Source: a virus | Strand: one strand, 5' to 3' | Virus record (IMG/VR): IMGVR_UViG_3300035698_007174 | Span: 4,684-68,683 of that record | DNA: 64,000 nt | Part shown: positions 57,881 to 64,000 of the stretch, one piece after another | Layout: each line of letters begins with the position of its first letter | How positions within the stretch are numbered: position 1 is the stretch's first letter | Notes under the pieces: generated by a model | What the model saw: the letters and a program-made list of their open reading frames with translations, nothing else | Told to the model about the DNA's origin: nothing | The model's database searches: none | Translations under genes and position numbers: made by a program

Positions 57881-59494
57881 CTATTTAAATTGCTCGTAAT
57901 TCTCAACAATATGTTTCTGCCAATCGGTATTAACAGAACCTTTAACTCTCACAAAGTTCTGACCATCTACAGCGAGAACTTCAACAACAATCTTTCTTTC
58001 CCCATTCACAGTTTCCAGGGAAGCTCTTTGTTCTTTCCAAATTAACCCAGTAGCTAAACCCAGAGCAGAGTTACCTATTTTTGGAGCCACCTTTGCTGCC
58101 AGAAGTATGATTTTAGTTATAATCACAAAAAAGTCATATGTTAATTGTGCTGCTTTTATTGGAGCCCCCATTGAGATCTTTCGATGAAGATCATTCATTG
58201 TGGTGACAATTTTGTCAAGACCTTTTAACATAACACCCATACTTGTAAAGTAAACTTTTAATGCACCACCTTCTATCCCTGCACCAACAGTTGAAAAGGA
58301 TTCTTCAAAAGATCTTGCAATAGTAGTAAACAATCCACCCTTCCCAGGAGTCATCGATGTTTGAGTAAATATATTGCTAAATCGATCCCCGAACTGTTTA
58401 AAGAACAAGGCATATCTCTCTCCGAAGGTTGTATCTTTATATTTCAATTTCCCAGATTTTAATCCTGATTGAACTCTAGCTCCTGTTGTGGCAGCATATA
58501 ATCCAGTACCAATTACTGCAACTGCACCAAGCATAGCCAGACCAAGAGGAGAACTAAGAATTGCTATAAGTTTGGTTATTGCTGCAAGACCAATCAATGC
58601 TGGCCCAATCGCTGCGATAGCTGCAAACACTTTTATAATTCCTTCTTTCTTATCATCAGGGAGATCGGTTATTTTCTGCATGAAAGCACCGAGAGCATCA
58701 AGGGCTCCACCAGCTTTTTTCAGTTTTAACTTACCAAAAGATTCCAATAAGAATAACCATTTATCTATTGTGATTGATACCTTACCATGAAAAGTATCAG
58801 CCATCTCAACTGCCATGTTTGCAAAAGCCCCGCCTGGTCCTGTCAATCTTTCCAGGGCGACTCGGAACTCATCGAATGAAATCTTACCAGCTCTCATGAA
58901 CTTAAAGACTTCTTCTGGTTTTTTAGAGTATGCATTTGCCAAAGCCTGAACAAGAGGAATACCACGAATATAAAATCCACGAATACTCTTCATTTCTACT
59001 TTACCTTTCGCTCCTGTTGTTACAAAGGCTTTTGTCAAACCTTTCATAGCTTCAGAATAATCTCCTGTGGCTGCTGCCAAATCACCCAACATCTTTACTG
59101 TTGGGACTATTTCACTTACGTTCAATGTTGGAATCGTAGAGATCGCTTTAGCTGCTGGAATCAAATCTTCCACAAACTTAAACGGAGTCTTTATAGTCAA
59201 CTTCCTTAAATCCTTCATTACAAACTTAGCTTTGTCTGAACTCTTTAAAAGGATAGCCATCGATCTCTCTGCAGATTCTATCTTTCCTGCAGTATTTAAA
59301 GCAGCAACACCTAGTCCAATCATAGGAAGAGTCAAACCAAAAGTCAACATTCTTCCTGATCGAAACATAGCGGTCGAACTGCTATCTAATTTCTTCCGGA
59401 AACCTTGCATTTTTTTAGACATTCTTCCCATTGGTTTTGTCAAGTTATCAACAATTTTGAAAAGAACACCAATGGAATATTTTTTGTCTGCCAT
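57881..59494 (-). CDS. Tail tape measure protein
   Basis: Ala/Gly-rich helical; TPF, GIPLVQALA, GKISF; follows the tail chaperone. Confidence 0.88.
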   Translation of the reverse strand: MADKKYSIGVLFKIVDNLTKPMGRMSKKMQGFRKKLDSSSTAMFRSGRMLTFGLTLPMIGLGVAALNTAGKIESAERSMAILLKSSDKAKFVMKDLRKLTIKTPFKFVEDLIPAAKAISTIPTLNVSEIVPTVKMLGDLAAATGDYSEAMKGLTKAFVTTGAKGKVEMKSIRGFYIRGIPLVQALANAYSKKPEEVFKFMRAGKISFDEFRVALERLTGPGGAFANMAVEMADTFHGKVSITIDKWLFLLESFGKLKLKKAGGALDALGAFMQKITDLPDDKKEGIIKVFAAIAAIGPALIGLAAITKLIAILSSPLGLAMLGAVAVIGTGLYAATTGARVQSGLKSGKLKYKDTTFGERYALFFKQFGDRFSNIFTQTSMTPGKGGLFTTIARSFEESFSTVGAGIEGGALKVYFTSMGVMLKGLDKIVTTMNDLHRKISMGAPIKAAQLTYDFFVIITKIILLAAKVAPKIGNSALGLATGLIWKEQRASLETVNGERKIVVEVLAVDGQNFVRVKGSVNTDWQKHIVENYEQFK

Positions 59495-59668
59495 TAAATA
59501 CCGCCTGTCATTGGATTGACAAAATGTTCAAAAGCCCAACCAGCTCCATCAATCCAAAAATCTAAATCTTCTATTTCTAATTCCCCTATAACATTGGGGT
59601 CCATCTTAAATACATATGCGAGTGTCCAGAAGATCATCTTCCAATCGGAAGGTATTAATCCTACTCCC
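59494..59668 (-). CDS. Frameshift extension of the tail assembly chaperone (gpE'/gpGT-like)
   Basis: -1 frame reads GVGLIPSDWKMIFWTLAYVFKMDPNVIGELEIEDLDFW...GGI*; stop overlaps the tape measure ATG. Confidence 0.75.
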
Positions 59669-59978
59669 CCATAACTTGATCTAAACCTTCCATCAGTTTA
59701 TCAAGATCAGCTAAATCTACTTCTTCTATTTCTGCAATAGAAAGACCAGATATTCCAGCAATAATAGGAAACACATCTTCAGGATTAACCTTTATGTTTT
59801 TAGATTTCTTCTTATCACCAGCTGCTTCGATAAAAGAAGCGGGGAGTAACTTTAAATGCTTCGCTTTTACTCTACCCAATCGGATAGTTGTAATATCTAC
59901 ATCAATCGCTTTCCCTGCAGCATTTATCTTTTTAATTGTAATTGGGTATTCCAATTCTATAATAGTATCTGTTTTCAT
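59661..59978 (-). CDS. Tail assembly chaperone (Mu gp41/P2 gpE-like)
   Basis: LEYPI, RVKAKHL, ISGLSIAEIEEVDLAD. Confidence 0.85.
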   Translation of the reverse strand: MKTDTIIELEYPITIKKINAAGKAIDVDITTIRLGRVKAKHLKLLPASFIEAAGDKKKSKNIKVNPEDVFPIIAGISGLSIAEIEEVDLADLDKLMEGLDQVMGE

Positions 59979-60001
59979 CCATAACTCCTGTGTAATTTAA
60001 C

Positions 60002-60397
60002 TTAGCTTTCTGATACAGTTTCGATCCAATAAGATCCGACAAACCGTATAGGGACTTCTCCCTGTCCACCAGTAAGAGTAAAGTTTCTGAGACAAGTTGC
60101 TCCATTCATTGTATAGACTTTACCACCACCAGCAGCAGAAAATATGATAGTTCCATTTTCTCTGATTTTGGCAAGGTCATCCAACATTAGACCATCAGTA
60201 TCACTGACAGTAACTTCACACATTGCAAGAACTGGCTTTTCAATAAAACCATGTAATCCGGTATCCCCGAAAACAGCTTCGAGTTCCATATTAGGTTTAC
60301 CACTTAGTCCAATTCCGGAAGCGACTGCTCCCTCTTTATTAAATAATTCTCCAATTCCTCCGACAGAAACAGAGATTCTTCCTGTAATTCTAGCCAT
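60002..60397 (-). CDS. Tail tube protein (Mu gpM-like)
   Basis: MARITG, GLHGFIE, GEVPIRFVG; between sheath and chaperone. Confidence 0.85.
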   Translation of the reverse strand: MARITGRISVSVGGIGELFNKEGAVASGIGLSGKPNMELEAVFGDTGLHGFIEKPVLAMCEVTVSDTDGLMLDDLAKIRENGTIIFSAAGGGKVYTMNGATCLRNFTLTGGQGEVPIRFVGSYWIETVSES

Positions 60398-60468
60398 TTT
60401 GTAATCTCCTTAGTAACTTAAATATTGCATACTAACGCTGTCAATGTTAGTATGCAAATTAAATGTTA

Positions 60469-61971
60469 TTATAATATAAACTGTACCAATCCTGCTAGTA
60501 CCCTAAACTGATTGATTAGATCTGGTGGCAGTAATGCATCTACTCTGTTTACGTCTGAAGCATTTCTTTCTACTACCAAATTATCAGCAAATTCTTGAAG
60601 ATTTTCAATCAATCCAATGTCCCTCAGTTGAGAGAATAGAGCAATGATTTCTTGTCGAATCGTTTTTGGATTTGTGATATTTGAACCTGGCTGAATTGGG
60701 AAAGAGTCGTCAGCCAATTTAAAACGGGTCGCAATAAAGCGAGTTACCATTCTTGATTTAAACTGATACCTGATTTCCATCAAGGTTGCCAGAGTTTGAA
60801 TATCCAAGTAAGAGGGATCAATAACCCCAGACGCATTTGTCTGATAAGTTGTGATACATCTTTCTATTTGTATATTACCTACTCGGTCTACTACAAAAGT
60901 AGCGACACCATCATAGAGTAATATATTTCTTTCTGTCTGTGTGAACCTACTTGCAATAGGTGGAGGTAAGATCCCTCTCAATTTCAATGTATGTAATGGC
61001 CTTGCTGGATCTTGGTTCAAGTTAAAACTTGCTTGAGCTCCAAGAGCTGCAGCCCATTCTTCCGGAGAAGTCGGACTATCATTAAAAGCCATAATTGTAT
61101 TATGAGGAGAGTTTCGGCTGTTCCCGATAGTAGTCGCTGAAGCCTGTGTAGCTCTGACAGCAGTATATCCAATTCCCATAATGTCTTCGAGTGGTTTAAA
61201 TCTATCTTCAAGTTCTTCTTCAAGGCTTTGAAGATTTGTGGCATCTATATAGGGCTGTACAATATGATGGAATTGTTCACCATCAACTACTGCCCAAACA
61301 TCACCGAGATCAGGACCAGCAGTACCACCTTCAAAATTACTTACCACAGCACTATCACCGAAGAAAGTAGGATAAGACTGACCATCATAATAATTGAATC
61401 TTACATCAAGGTAATTTCCAATCAAACCTGAACAAATCGCTGAAAGAATCAAAACTCCACTGGCTCCAACTACAGAAGCAGTTACGGGGAAGTTTTTAGC
61501 TTCAGAGATATAAACCTTCATAGCGGAAGCAATATCAATAGAACTCCATCCTGAAGTTACTGCTTGATAAACTTGCTGTCCATTAATCAGCATATGTACT
61601 GTTTGTCCACCAGCACTAGCAGCTCCACCAGCTGCATGAGAAAGAGCAGTACTAAAGTTAATTCTGGCACTGGCTTGTAAAGTTCCACCAGATAGAGCCA
61701 TTGCAAACACTTCAGTATTAGCATTGTTTTCTTTAAATGTATTACACATACGGGCAAGAACCGAGCCTGGCCCAAAGAAACCATCAGCCTGACTGTCATT
61801 TGTAATGGCCTGTAAAGTTTCTACAGCTTTGTCTCCTGTGGATACTTTCTGACCAATAATCAATACCTTATGTGGATTGGGAAATAATCCCCGTAGAGCT
61901 TTAGAATTGTCTACTTCTGTATATACACCAGGTGTTCTGGTGGTGTCCGGCAAATTGTTAAAACTAATCAT
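60469..61971 (-). CDS. Tail sheath protein (Mu gpL-like)
   Basis: ISFNNLP..TRTPGVYTEVDNS, FGPGSVL, DPARPL, ITTYQ, PDLINQFRV. Confidence 0.95.
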   Translation of the reverse strand: MISFNNLPDTTRTPGVYTEVDNSKALRGLFPNPHKVLIIGQKVSTGDKAVETLQAITNDSQADGFFGPGSVLARMCNTFKENNANTEVFAMALSGGTLQASARINFSTALSHAAGGAASAGGQTVHMLINGQQVYQAVTSGWSSIDIASAMKVYISEAKNFPVTASVVGASGVLILSAICSGLIGNYLDVRFNYYDGQSYPTFFGDSAVVSNFEGGTAGPDLGDVWAVVDGEQFHHIVQPYIDATNLQSLEEELEDRFKPLEDIMGIGYTAVRATQASATTIGNSRNSPHNTIMAFNDSPTSPEEWAAALGAQASFNLNQDPARPLHTLKLRGILPPPIASRFTQTERNILLYDGVATFVVDRVGNIQIERCITTYQTNASGVIDPSYLDIQTLATLMEIRYQFKSRMVTRFIATRFKLADDSFPIQPGSNITNPKTIRQEIIALFSQLRDIGLIENLQEFADNLVVERNASDVNRVDALLPPDLINQFRVLAGLVQFIL

Positions 61972-62207
61972 TATGAATTAACCTCCCTCTTTTTATATGC
62001 CCTCTTCTTTGGTTCAACTTCCACTACCGTTTCTTGAGGATCAGGTAGTATTACGATTGAACCATCTCGCAATCTCCGTTTCCAATAAGTTCCTTCTCTG
62101 CCAACAAAAGGTTTATAGTATCCATCTTCCGGAAGTTTCTGTTTGGAAATTGGATCTCTTATAATGAGCCCTTTATGAGCTGGCTTTATGAATTTGTGTC
62201 CTTTCAT
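61971..62207 (-). CDS. DUF2635-like (Mu gp38-like) tail protein
   Basis: IRDP...LP.DG...YWKRRLRDG. Confidence 0.85.
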   Translation of the reverse strand: MKGHKFIKPAHKGLIIRDPISKQKLPEDGYYKPFVGREGTYWKRRLRDGSIVILPDPQETVVEVEPKKRAYKKREVNS

Positions 62208-62216
62208 TCTATCTCC

Positions 62217-62915
62217 TTACTCTGTATAAGTATCAAATTGTGTTGTGAATCCTTTTCCAAACGCTCCAGCATCGGGATTAAGTTTATCAAAATCCAACCA
62301 CTGAGCCATATCTGGCAATGCTACATCAGGATAACCATCTGCTAATGGTAAATCTCCGGTATGCGGGAGATCAGCTGAAGGAGCTTGTATATAATTTGCG
62401 TAAATAGTGTTGAACTTCTCTGGTGGATCAGTAGTGATTGTGTCCTCTCCAATCCCAATAGTAACACTTCCATCATCGAAGGTTTCAAGTGTTCTGATTC
62501 TCACCTTGAACTCAAACTCAAATTGCCACCAAAGATAGCCATTGTTTAAATCTACAAGTCTACCTCCGGAATAGGAAATATAAGTTTCACTAAAGTCTGG
62601 CTGCCATCCCAATAACGCTTTAAATATTTGATTTCTAATATCATGTAACTGAGAATAAGCTGCAAATCCTAATTGCTCTTTCTGTGAAGCATCTGCTCCC
62701 AGGGCAACTATTACACCAAATCTCTCTGTCACCATTTGCATGACAGTCGAATCATACTGATTCTTTTCTGCAAAGTCAGCTACAGGAACAACGAAAGCCA
62801 TATCTGTTGTGAGTGTATGCTGTATTGCTGCATTTAGTTCTGCAGATCCACCTATATTATTATCGAAGTGGGTATCAGCAGTTCTCAACTTTAGAACAAT
62901 TTCATCTAATCTCAT
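62217..62915 (-). CDS. Tail terminator-like neck protein
   Basis: AFVVP, FGVIVAL, ALLGWQP, GG.L...LWWQFEF; acidic extension. Confidence 0.75.
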   Translation of the reverse strand: MRLDEIVLKLRTADTHFDNNIGGSAELNAAIQHTLTTDMAFVVPVADFAEKNQYDSTVMQMVTERFGVIVALGADASQKEQLGFAAYSQLHDIRNQIFKALLGWQPDFSETYISYSGGRLVDLNNGYLWWQFEFEFKVRIRTLETFDDGSVTIGIGEDTITTDPPEKFNTIYANYIQAPSADLPHTGDLPLADGYPDVALPDMAQWLDFDKLNPDAGAFGKGFTTQFDTYTE

Positions 62916-62916
62916 T

Positions 62917-63423
62917 TTAATTCCTCATTCTCTGTCCTGCTTTTATTGCAGCAAAAACTCTATCACCTACCGGAAATCTTTTAATAGTAGGTTCCCATAA
63001 CGGTCTTGGAGCTATTCTCTTCGCCCACTCTAAATGAGGGGGATAAGGAACTCTCATTGGAACATATACACCAGCTTCTTTCTGTATTGGATTTACAAAA
63101 TCCTTTATAGAATTGATATACTTTCCTGTCATTACAGCAGGAGCGTGTCCAGGTAAAGAAGGAAAATGTATTTTTCCGTTTACCCTACGTCCTCTTGTAT
63201 AATCTCTAGGTGTATTCTCCATTTGTAATTTAATGCTGCTCTCAAATTCTTGAGTAAGTTTATAGAACTCATCCATAGTATCATCAATCATTTCTCTGGA
63301 GATATTTTCAATCTTCAATTCAACAGCAAGTAGATCTTGATGATTTACAATTATTTGGAAGTTCTTTCCTTTATTTGTTTGTGAAAAACCACCACCATCA
63401 TAATTAAATGCCACGTCCTGCAC
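62917..63423 (-). CDS. HK97 gp10-like tail completion protein
   Basis: SLPGHAPAVMTG..INSI, Y..HLE, APRP. Confidence 0.7.
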   Translation of the reverse strand: MQDVAFNYDGGGFSQTNKGKNFQIIVNHQDLLAVELKIENISREMIDDTMDEFYKLTQEFESSIKLQMENTPRDYTRGRRVNGKIHFPSLPGHAPAVMTGKYINSIKDFVNPIQKEAGVYVPMRVPYPPHLEWAKRIAPRPLWEPTIKRFPVGDRVFAAIKAGQRMRN

Positions 63424-63922
63424 CTACCTCATATTGATCTATACATCTTATAAATACCCATTCATAATTTACATCATCTGGGACTACTCTTTTTATCTTT
63501 AAAAGTTTACCTCTTCCGGTAGAACCCCGTTCCAATAGAATGAAGTAATCTGCCTTAATAGGATTTAGATCTGTAATTGAATTGAATGCATCGGAGAAAG
63601 CAAGTCCAAAAGATTTACCTAATCCATTTGAAGTATTCTCATCAAAGTTCCCATCAAAAGCATCACCAAAAGCATGATCATATTTAGAGATGACTGAATC
63701 ATATCTAAACCTGATCTCATGACTCTCTACTAGATCATCTATATTCACACCTCTAATTGGCATCGATCCGGTTAATATGGCATTTTTATTTAAAACTTCA
63801 ACCCCTGCCCACAACCGAACTAATCTCTTATAAGTATAATCCCATCCACCATTTGCATTTGGAGTCGATACTCCTTGCAAAATCTGAACTCTATTTTTTA
63901 ATTTTGCTGCCATCCAACTCAT
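63404..63922 (-). CDS. Head closure / head-tail adaptor with FxxxF insertion
   Basis: KLKNRVQI, NANGG, LWA.V, HEIRFRY. Confidence 0.75.
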   Translation of the reverse strand: MSWMAAKLKNRVQILQGVSTPNANGGWDYTYKRLVRLWAGVEVLNKNAILTGSMPIRGVNIDDLVESHEIRFRYDSVISKYDHAFGDAFDGNFDENTSNGLGKSFGLAFSDAFNSITDLNPIKADYFILLERGSTGRGKLLKIKRVVPDDVNYEWVFIRCIDQYEVGAGRGI

Positions 63923-64000
63923 AAGTTATGCACCTTAAATCTATTTAGCATTAACTTAATATCCGGAGGGGGATTCTTCGGATCCAAGTGTCTGTCTTCA
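63919..64000 (-). CDS. 3' end of probable head-tail connector (gp6-like), truncated by window edge
   Basis: ...EDRHLDPKNPPPDIKLMLNRFKVHNL*; ATGA overlap with the head-closure gene. Confidence 0.55.
   Translation of the reverse strand, partial: EDRHLDPKNPPPDIKLMLNRFKVHNL

Noticed and set aside
55324-61971. Transposable Mu-like phage or contractile injection system/tailocin
   Set aside because: Only the tail is Mu-like; there is no transposase, and terminase, portal and a full replisome indicate an autonomous tailed phage.

Overview
This window is most of the genome of an AT-rich tailed phage with a contractile, Mu-like tail; no integrase, CRISPR array or reverse transcriptase is visible. The late operon runs on the minus strand from terS (~7 kb) through terL, lysis-type genes and the portal to the left edge, and re-enters at the right edge with neck, sheath, tube, tape measure, baseplate and two Cys-repeat fibres (64 to 48.4 kb). 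The capsid and protease genes therefore probably lie just outside the window. Two tRNAs and a tRNA-like RNA sit at 7-8.9 kb, followed by a non-coding, probably terminal region and very AT-rich early genes (8.9-18 kb). A plus-strand replication/recombination module (13.9-38.3 kb) encodes a beta-clamp, sigma-like factor, SNF2 helicase, primase, initiator, DnaB, UDG-PolA fusion, SSB, RecA, RuvC, split SbcCD and two methyltransferases. The standout feature is at 38.3-47.8 kb: a near-complete pseudaminic-acid-type nonulosonic acid pathway (PseB, aminotransferase, GNAT, NeuB/PseI, cytidylyltransferase, plus an oxidoreductase) ending in a Maf-family glycosyltransferase fused to TPRs. This suggests a phage-encoded protein O-glycosylation system. 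Also notable: an F-x3-F-x3-F peptide grafted onto three different virion proteins, strong TCCGGA enrichment outside the early region, and a hidden -1 frameshift tail chaperone. All calls are from motif recognition by eye; no searches were run.
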